Origin: an uncultured Candidatus Peribacteria bacterium
Lineage (GTDB): Bacteria > Patescibacteriota > Gracilibacteria > Peribacterales > Peribacteraceae
Reading direction: 5' to 3'
Assembly: GCA_964436765.1 (NCBI GenBank)
Contig: CAYTEH010000004.1
Coordinates: 9,910-68,663, forward strand
Length of the DNA: 58,754 nt
Position 1 is the stretch's first letter; the number at the start of each line of letters is the position of its first letter. Positions 36,615 to 46,057 of this stretch are shown here, one piece after another. The notes beneath the pieces are model-generated. The model made no database searches and was not told where the DNA came from. It was given only the letters and a program-made list of their open reading frames with translations. A program made the translations under genes and the position numbers.

Positions 36615-37310
36615 TCATTTCCAGTTTTTGACCTTGAGACCGGCATTGGCTGCGGCAGTCTCCGCCTTCTGCTTGCTGTTCCCCTTCCCCTGCGCGACTT
36701 TCTCGGTACCGATGTACACCGCGCAGATAAACTGCTTGTCGTGATCGGGGCCGGTTTCCTCCATCACCTCGTAGTGCGGCGTAATACCCATGAGTTCCTG
36801 CGCCTTTTCCTGGAACACGCTTTTTTCATCGCGGTGCTTGCCCTGGGCAAGAAGATTCTGGAGATTGCGGAGGATGAACTGCTCGCAGAACCGCTTGGCG
36901 ACATCGAAGCCCTTATCTAAATAAATGGCTCCAATCAGCGCTTCCAGTGCATTTGCAAGGGTCGAAGCTTTTGTGCGGCCCGCGCTGGCTTCCTCGCCCT
37001 TGCTCATGAAGAGGTACTCCCCCAGCCCGATGGACTCGGCGACTTCGGCCAGGTGATCGCCCTGCACAAGCGCCGACCGCCAGTTGGTGAGTTCGCCTTC
37101 GGCCTTGTCCGATAGCTGGAACAAGTACTCGGTCGCGGCAAGCTCGAGCACGGCGTCCCCTAAAAACTCAAGACGCTCATTATTGCCAAACGATCGCGAC
37201 TCGCGCACAGCCGACCGGTGTACCAGTGCCTGCTGCAGCAGATCCTTCTTTTTGAACTGGACGCCGATGGCAGCCTGCAATTTGTCGAGTGATGGCGGAT
37301 GACTCATCAA
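36615..37310 (-). CDS. rnc: Ribonuclease III
   Basis: NERLEFLGDAVLEL is the RNase III signature, and the C-terminal dsRBD has KQKAETAAA. Confidence 0.93.
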   Translation of the reverse strand: MMSHPPSLDKLQAAIGVQFKKKDLLQQALVHRSAVRESRSFGNNERLEFLGDAVLELAATEYLFQLSDKAEGELTNWRSALVQGDHLAEVAESIGLGEYLFMSKGEEASAGRTKASTLANALEALIGAIYLDKGFDVAKRFCEQFILRNLQNLLAQGKHRDEKSVFQEKAQELMGITPHYEVMEETGPDHDKQFICAVYIGTEKVAQGKGNSKQKAETAAANAGLKVKNWK

Positions 37311-37325
37311 TGGAAGTGTAGTCGA

Positions 37326-37395
37326 GGGTTGGGGGTAGGGCTAGGGTTAGGGTTTTCCAAACTATCTTCAAAAAACCTAACCCCAACCCAAACCC
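37326..37395. repeat. Telomere-like G-tract inverted repeat (family A, copy 2)
   Basis: gggttgggggtagggctagggttaggg ... cctaaccccaacccaaaccc. Confidence 0.75.
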
Positions 37396-37400
37396 TGTCC

Positions 37401-37805
37401 CTATTTCGCATGCGCAATCGCATTCAGCACCCCATTGACGAATTTCCCGCTCTCTTCCGTCCCGTATTCCTTGGCAATCTCAATGGCTTCGTTCATCACC
37501 ACCGCGGCAGGAGCATCTTTGTGATAGAGTAGCTCGTACGCGCCAACCAGGAGGATGGAACGGGAAATCGGATCCATGCGTTCGAGCGGCCATTGCGGTG
37601 CGCGCTCCTGCACCGCCTTCTTGAGATCCTGCTCCTTCTCCAAAACGCCTTTGAGGACCGTCAGCGCGAAATCATGATCGAACTCACCGATCTCCCCTGC
37701 ATCGCGCGCAAGCGCGACGGCAGGCTCATCCATCGCCGGGTGTTTCTCGCGCTCAAACAGAACCTGCATGACCGCAATCCGCGAAACGTGTCTTTTTCTA
37801 GCCAT
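37401..37805 (-). CDS. nusB: Transcription antitermination factor NusB
   Basis: RIAVMQVLFE...ERMDPISRSILLVGAYELLY..D.P..VVMNEAIEIAKEYG is the typical NusB fold sequence. Confidence 0.88.
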   Translation of the reverse strand: MARKRHVSRIAVMQVLFEREKHPAMDEPAVALARDAGEIGEFDHDFALTVLKGVLEKEQDLKKAVQERAPQWPLERMDPISRSILLVGAYELLYHKDAPAAVVMNEAIEIAKEYGTEESGKFVNGVLNAIAHAK

Positions 37806-38048
37806 AGTATAGTTGGGAGAATGTCATCCCGAGTAGCTCCGAGCCGAGCGAGGAGCGTATCGAGGGATGCATCACTGCGATCCGGGAGACGTGACGTTTG
37901 CGGGCCATGCGCTAATGATAGCAGAAAATGCAGGACTGTCATGGTGATGGCTCGAGGCGCTTCGACGCTCCTCGTCATGACACATGCAAATACAGGCTGT
38001 CATGGTGAAGTGCGAGTCCGCCGGGCGGACGAGCCTCGATCCATGACC

Positions 38049-38234
38049 TCACGCCTTGACCCTCGTGATCTTCGTGAGCGCCTTGTCGGCCTTGTTCTTC
38101 TTCTCGGCCTTCACCGAGTACGGCGAGTTCTGGCGATCCTGGAGGCGCTTGACCTCGTGGAGGATATACACGCTGTGCTGGCGCCGTCCCGCGGACTTCG
38201 CCTTGCGCTTCTTTGGTGTTGGCTTCTTACCCAT
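38049..38234 (-). CDS. Small basic protein, possibly ribosomal protein bL32
   Basis: The N-terminus PTPKKRKAKSAGRRQH resembles the bL32 signature PxPKKKTSKxxRDxRRSH, and the length of 61 aa fits. The remainder is not clearly alignable from memory. Confidence 0.4.
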   Translation of the reverse strand: MGKKPTPKKRKAKSAGRRQHSVYILHEVKRLQDRQNSPYSVKAEKKNKADKALTKITRVKA

Positions 38235-38287
38235 AGCCCGGAAAGGGTACAGATTCGGCAGGAGGTAGTAAAGCCCAATTTGGGCAA

Positions 38288-38370
38288 GGGTTAGGGCTAG
38301 GGTTAGGGCGAAAGGCAGATACGGCTCTCGTTATCGTCATTGTTTCCACTTCTAACCTAAACCCTAATCC
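38288..38370. repeat. Telomere-like G-tract inverted repeat (family A, copy 3)
   Basis: gggttagggctagggttaggg (four G3 tracts with 3-nt loops) ... ctaacctaaaccctaatcc. Confidence 0.8.
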
Positions 38371-38448
38371 TGGCCCTTCTATAAGCCATTCTTCCCGCTT
38401 TCGTCCGATGCCTTTTCCTGCTATAATACTTGGATTTACGGCTTTCCT

Positions 38449-39324
38449 GTGCGCAAGACCCTCTTTGCCCTCCTCCCGGCCGTCCTTGCCCTCTCCTGCT
38501 CCCTGGTGCCGGAAACGGCGCTGGCGAACCATGTGGCCGGCCACTGGGGCATCGACACGAGCTGGTCCAGCACCATTTGCAACATCGTCCCCTGCAACGG
38601 CACGGGAGTGGGCGCGACCGGCCTGGCCAACTACCTGCTGACCAAAATCATCAAGGCGCTGCAGATCGGTTTTGTGGCAGCGGCGGTGTTCTACCTGTTT
38701 ACGGCGGCCCGCTGGATGGTGATGTTCCCGGAACAAGATGACATGGTACGGCAGGGCCGCTCGACCTTCATTTATACCATCGCCGGTGCGGCAGTGGTCT
38801 CCATCGCGCAGTGGGTAGCGGACGCCTTCGCGCCTGGCAGCACGGGATCGAACATCGTGGTGAACACCACGCCGCTCAACAACACCTTCGATAACGTGCT
38901 CTTCTTCTTCCGCATGGTCCTCTCGATCCTGCTGGTGGTGAACATCGTCATCCAGGGCATCCGCCTCATCGTCTCGCAGGGCGAAAGCGACCAGATCGAC
39001 AAAGCGCGCAAGCGCCTGATTCAGGGATTCATCGGCGTCGGACTCGTGATGCTTGCAAACGTCGTGACGGTCTCGGTGAACCCGCAGGCAGGGCAGATCA
39101 GCGACCTCGCCATCCAGATCGCGGGTATCGCGAACTACCTGCTCACCATCCTCAGTTTCATGTGCGTGGTCACCATCATCCTGGCGGGCGTGTTCCTGAT
39201 TCTGTCGGTGGAGGATTCCCTCAAGGACAAGGCTAAAACCATCATCAAGACGGCTGTCGTGGCGCTCGTGGCGATCATCGTCTCGTACGCGCTCGTGAAC
39301 ACCGTCATCGCTTTCGGCACATGA
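38449..39324 (+). CDS. Secreted polytopic membrane protein built from three TM-loop-TM modules (TrbC/VirB2-type T4SS-pilin-like)
   Basis: Signal peptide MRKTLFALLPAVLALSCSLV (GTG start). Three hydrophobic hairpins are separated by short charged loops (PEQDDMVRQGR, SQGESDQIDKARKR, VEDSLKDKAK). Confidence 0.45.
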   Translation: MRKTLFALLPAVLALSCSLVPETALANHVAGHWGIDTSWSSTICNIVPCNGTGVGATGLANYLLTKIIKALQIGFVAAAVFYLFTAARWMVMFPEQDDMVRQGRSTFIYTIAGAAVVSIAQWVADAFAPGSTGSNIVVNTTPLNNTFDNVLFFFRMVLSILLVVNIVIQGIRLIVSQGESDQIDKARKRLIQGFIGVGLVMLANVVTVSVNPQAGQISDLAIQIAGIANYLLTILSFMCVVTIILAGVFLILSVEDSLKDKAKTIIKTAVVALVAIIVSYALVNTVIAFGT

Positions 39325-40250
39325 AAAAACTCCTCGCCCTCACCGGCCTCGCATTCCTTGCACTGACGCTGATCCCGGCACCCGCCGCGCATGCGGATCC
39401 GAACACGCTCATCAACAACACCTACAGCAGCGTCGGAGGACTCCTGCCCGCATTCCCCAGCACGCCCGAATATATCAACTGCGACCAGGTGCAGGGCGGC
39501 GCCTGCGGCTTCGTACTGCTGGCGCAATTCGTCGTGGGCAAATTCCGCCCCATCCTCACCATCGTCGGCGCGCTCGTCATCACCATCCTCGGCGTGCACA
39601 TGCTCATCGGCCAGGAGGATGACCGTCTGGAAAAGACGCGCGTCGCCATGACGGCGCTCATTTCGGGTCTCGTGATGCTCTATATCATCGACCCGTTCAT
39701 CGCTGCGTTCTACGGTTCACAGGGCGACGTGCTCACAAGCCAGTCGAATATCCAGGCATCCGTGGATAACATCATCAGCCCGGAACTGGGCGGGCTCATC
39801 AACTGGGTCCTCACGATCGTGGCGAGCCTTGCCATCCTCATCATCGTCATCAATGCGTTCAAAGCGGTGCTGAAAGGCGGCAGCGACGATGGCATCGCAA
39901 GCATCCGCAAAACGCTCATCAGCGTGGCGGCAGGCATCATTCTGCTTGTCGTGCGCATCACCATCGCCGATAGGTTCATCGCGCGCGCGGGAACCGACGT
40001 CGCACCGGGCCCGATTGCCGGCGTCCTCGGGATCGTCGTCTCGGTGGTCACGTTCCTGCTCGGGTTCCTGGCGCTCGCGGCGGTGGCGGTGGTGATTTAC
40101 TCCGGCGTGATGATGCTCTTCTCCTTCGGCAAGGAGGAACCGTGGCAGAAGACCAAAGCGCTCCTCGGCCGCTCCCTCCTCGGTTTCGTCGTGATCTTCC
40201 TGAGCCTCACGCTCGTCAAGTTCGTCATCGCCCCGTCGATCGGAAGCTGA
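39321..40250 (+). CDS. Paralogous secreted polytopic membrane protein, also three pilin-like TM hairpin modules
   Basis: ATGA overlap with the previous gene. Signal peptide is MKKLLALTGLAFLALTLIPAPAAHA. Hairpin loops are GQEDDRLEKTR, LKGGSDDGIASIRK and FGKEEPWQKTK. Confidence 0.45.
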   Translation: MKKLLALTGLAFLALTLIPAPAAHADPNTLINNTYSSVGGLLPAFPSTPEYINCDQVQGGACGFVLLAQFVVGKFRPILTIVGALVITILGVHMLIGQEDDRLEKTRVAMTALISGLVMLYIIDPFIAAFYGSQGDVLTSQSNIQASVDNIISPELGGLINWVLTIVASLAILIIVINAFKAVLKGGSDDGIASIRKTLISVAAGIILLVVRITIADRFIARAGTDVAPGPIAGVLGIVVSVVTFLLGFLALAAVAVVIYSGVMMLFSFGKEEPWQKTKALLGRSLLGFVVIFLSLTLVKFVIAPSIGS

Positions 40251-40305
40251 GGTGGACGGGCCACATGGAGCGGGTTACCGTATGCATATCCCCTCCCCCT
40301 TCCGC

Positions 40306-40974
40306 ATGCGTACGTCTTTCAAGCTGCTTGCCGCGTCCCTGCTCCTGCTGACCGGCTCCCCCGTCTCCCTCGCACGCGTCTATCCGCGCGAGTTCATGCA
40401 GATTCACCCGGCGCAGGAGCGTGGCAGGGCGGCTCCCGCGTACGAATGGACCACGGGGACGGATACGCCGTACATAACGACGGACATAGAAAACGGCCAG
40501 CTCACGCGGGGCGAGTTCATCACGGCCATCGCCACGCGCCTCTACGGCACGGACAGTCTCCGGCATTGTTTCGACCAGCTTGCCCGCGCCACAGACGCGC
40601 AATTCCGCCTTCTCTTCACCGACCTGGCTGTGGATTCCCCGTACGCGGAAGCGGCCTGCGCCGGACTCCATAACGGCTGGCTCCGCGGCAATCCCGACGG
40701 CTCGCTGCGCCCCGATGCAGTCATTTCTGCGGCCGAGGCGACTGCCATCATCGCGCGCATCTCCCCCGAAATGTCCGCCCTCAAGCGTCCCCTCAGACGC
40801 AACGAAGTCTGGTATGGCCCCTCGTGGGAAGCGTTCGTCGCAGTCACAGGACTGAACATGAAGCCGGGTGATCACGTCACAGGTACGCACCTGCGCGAAT
40901 GGCTCTGCTCTCTCAGCAAGGGCACGTCTCTCACCCTCGATCCGATGGACGAATGTGCCGGGTGGGGGTACTGA
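40306..40974 (+). CDS. Secreted SLH-domain-like protein
   Basis: Signal-like MRTSFKLLAASLLLLTGSPVSLA. The SLH-like segments are LTRGEFITAIATRLYG and FTDL..SPYAEAACAGLHNGWLRGNPDGSLRPDAVISAAEATAIIARI. Confidence 0.55.
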   Translation: MRTSFKLLAASLLLLTGSPVSLARVYPREFMQIHPAQERGRAAPAYEWTTGTDTPYITTDIENGQLTRGEFITAIATRLYGTDSLRHCFDQLARATDAQFRLLFTDLAVDSPYAEAACAGLHNGWLRGNPDGSLRPDAVISAAEATAIIARISPEMSALKRPLRRNEVWYGPSWEAFVAVTGLNMKPGDHVTGTHLREWLCSLSKGTSLTLDPMDECAGWGY

Positions 40975-41776
40975 GCACTCTGAGCGCAACCTGGCATCCT
41001 CTCCGTACGTCCAGCACGTCATGCGTGCGGATGTAGGCCGCGCCGTTCATGACCGCGATGGCCGATGCCGCAATGGTCGCGGGGAGCCTGTCGACCGTAC
41101 TGAGATTCTCCGGACCCGCCAGGAAGGATTTGCGTGACGGACTCACGTAGAGCGGGCACCCGAGCGATGTCAGTTCGCGGAGGCGAGCAAGGACTTCGAA
41201 CGAATACGTCGCGTCGCTCGAAATGAAATGCCCCATGCCCGGGTCCAGGATGATCTTCGAAGAATCGATGCCGGCATCGATAGCCACCTGCTTCCTCGCC
41301 GCCAGAAATGCCGCGATGTCCTTCACGACGTCATCGTACCGGGCGTGTGCGATCGTCGTGCGCGGGGTGGGGTCTTTCGAAAACATCAGAACAATGGGCA
41401 CTCCTGCGCTTGCCGCAACGTCAAACATCTTCTGATCCGATCTGCCTGCCGTCACATCGTTGATCATGGACGCCCCCGCCTCGATCGCTTCCCGCGCGAT
41501 CCCCGACTTGTAGGTATCGATCGACAGCACGGCATCCGGATACGCACGCTTGATGGCCTTGATGATGGCGATGACGCGCGCGCGCTCTTCCTGTTCCGTC
41601 ACGTCTTTCGAATTGGGTCCGGTGGATTCTCCGCCGATGTCGATGATATCGGCACCATCGCGGAGCATCTGACCGGCCCGTTTCACCGCCGCATCAACGG
41701 ACGCGAACTTCCCGCCGTCGAAGTAGGAGTCGGGGGTGACATTCAGGATGCCGACGATGCGGAGATTATTCCTCAT
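40931..41776 (-). CDS. folP: Dihydropteroate synthase
   Basis: IVGILNVTPDSYFDGG, IIDIGGESTGP and GMGHF form the pterin-binding domain. The start is taken at ATG 41776. Confidence 0.9.
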   Translation of the reverse strand: MRNNLRIVGILNVTPDSYFDGGKFASVDAAVKRAGQMLRDGADIIDIGGESTGPNSKDVTEQEERARVIAIIKAIKRAYPDAVLSIDTYKSGIAREAIEAGASMINDVTAGRSDQKMFDVAASAGVPIVLMFSKDPTPRTTIAHARYDDVVKDIAAFLAARKQVAIDAGIDSSKIILDPGMGHFISSDATYSFEVLARLRELTSLGCPLYVSPSRKSFLAGPENLSTVDRLPATIAASAIAVMNGAAYIRTHDVLDVRRGCQVALRVLSTPTRHIRPSDRG

Positions 41777-41906
41777 CGGTCGGGGTAACGGTTGTACCGC
41801 ACTGGCAGCCGTCTTCCTCGCGGTCGGGACATCCAGCGACGCACTTCCTGCCACCGCAGTCAGGGCACACGGTGATGGCTACTTTGCAGGCTCCACAGGT
41901 GGGCAT
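41766..41906 (-). CDS. Cys-rich mini-protein (46 aa, 10 Cys), overlapping the folP start
   Basis: MPTCGACKVAITVCPDCGGRKCVAGCPDREEDGCQCGTTVTPTDEE. It overlaps the folP ATG by 11 nt. Confidence 0.4.
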   Translation of the reverse strand: MPTCGACKVAITVCPDCGGRKCVAGCPDREEDGCQCGTTVTPTDEE

Positions 41907-41960
41907 GGTGACAAAAAAGGAAGTGGTAGGAGAAGCAGAGTATAACATCCGGGGGCAGAA

Positions 41961-42084
41961 AATGACCAATGACCACAATGACGCAATGACCAAGAAAGGT
42001 ATCCCTTTCCAAAAAATATTAGTCCTTGATCATTGCTTCATTGATCATTCCATTGATCATTGGTCACTGCGTCATTGGTCATTC
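41961..42084. repeat. Inverted repeat with AATGACCA-type arms (family C, copy 2)
   Basis: aatgaccaatgaccacaatgacgcaatgaccaag ... cttgatcattg..cattgatcattggtcactgcgtcattggtcatt. Confidence 0.6.
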
Positions 42085-43764
42085 GTTCCAAGCTTTTTTG
42101 ACATACTCGCCGATGCACCGCTGAGAATTGAAGTACCCTAAAAGCCCGATCGACCGCTTCATCCTCCGGAGCCACCGCGTACGGCCCGAGTAGTAATACT
42201 CGGGGATCACTTCGTACTGAAGCTGCGTATAAAGATCTTCGGCATCGAGCTTGCGCGTGTCTTCGGCATCGAGGGACGACGCGAGCGGGCCGATGCGCCA
42301 GCCGGATTCCGGCTCCATTTCGTAGCCCTCGATCCACCAGCCGTCGAGCGTGGAAAGGTTGATGGTGCCGTTGAGCGCCGCCTTCATGCCGGAGGTTCCG
42401 GATGCCTCGTGCAGACGCATGGGCGTGTTGAGCCACACGTCGGCGCCGCTCACGAGAAGCTTTGCGAGGTCAGGATTGTAGTTTGGCAGGTAGGCGATCT
42501 TCACGCTGCCCTTGAGTTCCTTCGACCGTTCGATCATGTGCCGGATCACTTCCTGCGAGAAAGGATCGTACGGGTGCGCGTTGCCGGCGTGGATGATCTG
42601 CAGTTTCCCGTTGCCCACCTCTTTGAGGCGTTCAAGATTCGTGTAGAGCAGTTCGGGGCGCTTATAGGGGACGACGCGGCGCGCGCTGGCGATGGTCAGG
42701 CAATCGGCTGAGAAGATATCATCGCCCACGCGTCCGATATTCACCTGATCGATCAGCTTTTTTTTGGCTTCGGAATGAGCTTTCCAGAGGTCTTCATCCG
42801 TCAGATCGCGGCAGTGTGCAGTGAGAATTGAGGGATCGTCCCTCCAGCCGGGTATGCGCGCGTCGAAGAGCGACTGCATCGCCGGGCATGCCCACTCGAT
42901 GTGATGCACGCCATTGGTGATGTAGTCGACGTTCGGATTCTGAAGCAAGTTTCGTGAAACCTGCCCGTGTATTTTCGAGACGCCGCAGGTGTACCGGCTC
43001 AGGTTCATCGCAAGTTTCGTCATCGAGAGTGCGTCCTCCCCCGCAAGCTTCTTGATGTGCCACGGGAGATTCTCCCCCGCGATGCTCCATGCGAGGTCAT
43101 ACGGGAACACGTCATGACCCGCGGCGACTGGCGTGTGAGTGGTGAACGCGCAGGATTGCCTGACCGCGTCGTCACTGAATCCCCTCTCGCGCAGGAGTTC
43201 CAATGTGAGGAATGCGCAGTGGCCCTCGTTCATGTGGAAGTTTTTCACATCCGTGTGACCGAGCGCACGGAGCATTTTGACGCCGCCGATGCCGAGCACG
43301 AGTTCCTGACGGATGCGCATGGCCTGGTCGCCCCCATAGAGGTGGCGGCAGATGTCCCGGTCGGCCTGGGAATTGTCTGGAAAATTGGTATCGAGAAAGT
43401 AGACCGGCACCACATGGCCGTTGCTTCTGAGTTCCAGAACCCGCACGCCCACCGTCACCGGCCGCTTCTCGATCATCACCTGCACGCGCTGCGGGAGCAG
43501 CTTCAACTGCGTCTCGGGATCCCAGCTGACGTTATCGTAATCCTGACCGCCGTCGGGCTTGAGCGTCTGGTGCAGGTAGCCGAACTTCCAGCACATGGTG
43601 ACGCATGCGCAACTGACCCCGGTATCGGCCGCCGAGCGCATCAAGTCGGCCGCAAGCACTCCCAGCCCACCCGCAAAGGTCGGGATTTTGGCTGAGAGGC
43701 CGATTTCCATCGTGAAGTAGGCGACGGAGAGGGGGCGTGACACTTGTGCTGAGGAACGAAGCAT
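42079..43764 (-). CDS. glgP: Alpha-glucan (glycogen/maltodextrin) phosphorylase, GT35
   Basis: YFTMEIG...FAGGLGVLAAD and EASGTSGMKAALNG (PLP-Lys region) are typical of the short alpha-glucan phosphorylase family. Confidence 0.88.
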   Translation of the reverse strand: MLRSSAQVSRPLSVAYFTMEIGLSAKIPTFAGGLGVLAADLMRSAADTGVSCACVTMCWKFGYLHQTLKPDGGQDYDNVSWDPETQLKLLPQRVQVMIEKRPVTVGVRVLELRSNGHVVPVYFLDTNFPDNSQADRDICRHLYGGDQAMRIRQELVLGIGGVKMLRALGHTDVKNFHMNEGHCAFLTLELLRERGFSDDAVRQSCAFTTHTPVAAGHDVFPYDLAWSIAGENLPWHIKKLAGEDALSMTKLAMNLSRYTCGVSKIHGQVSRNLLQNPNVDYITNGVHHIEWACPAMQSLFDARIPGWRDDPSILTAHCRDLTDEDLWKAHSEAKKKLIDQVNIGRVGDDIFSADCLTIASARRVVPYKRPELLYTNLERLKEVGNGKLQIIHAGNAHPYDPFSQEVIRHMIERSKELKGSVKIAYLPNYNPDLAKLLVSGADVWLNTPMRLHEASGTSGMKAALNGTINLSTLDGWWIEGYEMEPESGWRIGPLASSLDAEDTRKLDAEDLYTQLQYEVIPEYYYSGRTRWLRRMKRSIGLLGYFNSQRCIGEYVKKAWNE

Positions 43765-43933
43765 AAAAGTGCTGATTTCCTCTTATTATAGCAGAGAAAC
43801 GCGAGTCAGTGAACATCCATTTTTTGTCACCCTGAGCGGAGTCGAAGGGTGCCTGTGCGCCATTATTCGCCGGAGTTTATCCTGAGCCTGTCGAAGGACT
43901 CACCATGACACTTTCATCTGCTATCCTGCCCGC

Positions 43934-45325
43934 ATGATCGATCCACACATTTTTAGAGCATATGACATTAGAGGCAAAGCGCTGACGCAACTGACCGAAG
44001 AAGCATCCAGACTGATCGGCAAAGGATTCGGCACGGCGCTCCGGAGGATGTACAAAAAAGACCATCCGGTGGTGGTGCTGGGTCGTGACGCGCGCACGCA
44101 CGGACCGCAACTTGAGAATGCGATGCGCGACGGGCTCATGAGCACGGGATGTCACGTCGTTCTTATCGGGATGACGCCCAGTCCGGTGAACTATTTTACA
44201 ATCTGCGCAGGAATCGGTGAGCACAAAATTGATGCAGGAGTTCAGATTACTGCAAGCCATAATCCCAAGGATGATAACGGAATAAAATTGCAGCTCCGAG
44301 ACGCCGAAGCCTACAGCGGCGATGATCTCCAGATGCTCAGGATGCAGATCGAAAAGAAGGATTTTTTGGATGGCAAAGGATCGAGTGAGCACGCTGATGC
44401 GATCACTCCGTACAAAGAATTTTTGGTGAAGACATTCAAAAACGCAGGCAAGAATCTCAAGGTCGTGATCGACGCCGGCAACGGCATTCCCGGTCCGACA
44501 AATTCGGAGGTGATTCAGAACGTGGGCTCCGACGTCACCGGCCTCTACCTGGAACCAGACGGCGAGTTCCCCAACCACCCCGCCGACCCGAGCAAGCACG
44601 CGACACTCAAGGACCTGCAGGCCAAGGTTCTCGAAACCGGCGCCGACATCGGTTTCGGCTTCGACGGTGACGGCGACAGGGTGGGCTTGGTCGATGAGAA
44701 GGGCGTGATCCGCAGCGCCGATGAAATCCTGCTGCTCCTGGCACGAGACCATTTGAAAAGAAAAAAGAACGCACCCGTTGTTTTTACCGTCAGTAACTCA
44801 GAAATCCTGAACACAGAAATTGAACGTCTTGGCGGGAAACCCTTCATGTGCAAGGTCGGCCACTCGTACGTGGAGCATGCGATGCGCGAGCGTGAGGCGC
44901 AGCTCGGCGGCGAGCAATCAGGGCACTTCTTCTGCGGCGAGGATTACTTCGGTTTCGACGACGCGCTCGTCGCCGCCCTGCGGCTGATGAAGATCGTATC
45001 GTCATCGGGTAAGACCGTCTCGGAACTGATGGCCGACTTCCCGAAGGTCTACCAGGCGCACGAGCTTCGGCCTCACTGCCCCGATGACAAGAAGACCGCA
45101 GTGATCGCCGCGATCACCAAGCATTTTTCGAAATCATACCCGGTCAACACATTGGACGGAGCACGCATCGACTTCGGCGACGGCGCGTGGGCGGGCATCC
45201 GGCAAAGCAACACGAGCCCGTGCATCAGCGTGTGCATGGAGGCGAGGAGTCCGGAGAAATTGAAGGAGATGGAGAAGGAAGTGTTGGGACATTTGAAAAG
45301 CTATCCGGAGATCACACTGTCTTGA
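43934..45325 (+). CDS. Phosphomannomutase/phosphoglucomutase
   Basis: FRAYDIRG, the TASHNPKDDNGIKL active-site Ser loop, FGFDGDGDR metal loop and GGEQSGH. Confidence 0.92.
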   Translation: MIDPHIFRAYDIRGKALTQLTEEASRLIGKGFGTALRRMYKKDHPVVVLGRDARTHGPQLENAMRDGLMSTGCHVVLIGMTPSPVNYFTICAGIGEHKIDAGVQITASHNPKDDNGIKLQLRDAEAYSGDDLQMLRMQIEKKDFLDGKGSSEHADAITPYKEFLVKTFKNAGKNLKVVIDAGNGIPGPTNSEVIQNVGSDVTGLYLEPDGEFPNHPADPSKHATLKDLQAKVLETGADIGFGFDGDGDRVGLVDEKGVIRSADEILLLLARDHLKRKKNAPVVFTVSNSEILNTEIERLGGKPFMCKVGHSYVEHAMREREAQLGGEQSGHFFCGEDYFGFDDALVAALRLMKIVSSSGKTVSELMADFPKVYQAHELRPHCPDDKKTAVIAAITKHFSKSYPVNTLDGARIDFGDGAWAGIRQSNTSPCISVCMEARSPEKLKEMEKEVLGHLKSYPEITLS

Positions 45326-45347
45326 AAAAAGAACTAGCACGTTCACT

Positions 45348-45404
45348 CGTTCATTCGTTAACTCGTGGTGCTGCCATTCGAATAAACGAGTTAACGAATG
45401 AACG
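45348..45404 (+). terminator. Perfect 19-bp stem hairpin after the PMM/PGM gene (simple-repeat arms GTTCATTCGTTAAC)
   Basis: cgttcattcgttaactcgt - 19-nt loop - acgagttaacgaatgaacg. Confidence 0.55.
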
Positions 45405-45469
45405 AAATTGCAACCGGTACTTTGTTCAATTATTTTGCACAGACATTTTCTCTGCTACACTCGAATCCT

Positions 45470-45628
45470 ATGTGGCCCTTCGGACCGAAAAAGGACAAGA
45501 GCAGCAAGCGAAAAGTGGTGGAAACGGTGGTAACGGGCGTGATTATCGGCGCTGCGATCAGTTCGATCATCGGCAAAACGATGCTGGAGAAGCACGAACG
45601 GAAGGACGAGGATGAAAAACACAAGTAA
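45470..45628 (+). CDS. Small single-TM protein (52 aa)
   Basis: MWPFGPKKDKSSKRKVVETVVTGVIIGAAISSIIGKTMLEKHERKDEDEKHK. Confidence 0.4.
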   Translation: MWPFGPKKDKSSKRKVVETVVTGVIIGAAISSIIGKTMLEKHERKDEDEKHK

Positions 45629-45671
45629 TCCTCTTCCATAAGCCAAAATATCAAGAAAGACAACGAAGCCC

Positions 45672-45992
45672 TTGCGCAGGAGGCGACTTTCCACACAATG
45701 TGCGGGCCCTATGAAGCCCGCCATGTCACTCTTCGGCAGATTTGACCACTCGGACGCCGACGTCAAAAAGGCAATGTCCGGCCTTGAGATTGATCAGTTA
45801 GATCACGAGCAGATACGCCGCGAGCTGGGGCTGGACACCCATGGGATTGCGGCAGCCAGGATGTACACACCCAAGCCGACAAAAAAAGTGCCGACGGTGT
45901 CTGTCGAAGACTGGCGCGCGCTGATTTTCAGGCTGACCGACTATGTACCGGCGCTCAGTCCAGTTCTCCCGCCAGACTCCTCTCCATCATGA
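45672..45992 (+). CDS. Hypothetical protein (start uncertain)
   Basis: Track ORF only. No motif recognised. Confidence 0.3.
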   Translation: MRRRRLSTQCAGPMKPAMSLFGRFDHSDADVKKAMSGLEIDQLDHEQIRRELGLDTHGIAAARMYTPKPTKKVPTVSVEDWRALIFRLTDYVPALSPVLPPDSSPS

Positions 45993-46057
45993 TTCGAGGC
46001 CCGTGGTCATGGTGAGGCGACTCGAACCAGCGATGACCGGCACCTCACTATGACATC

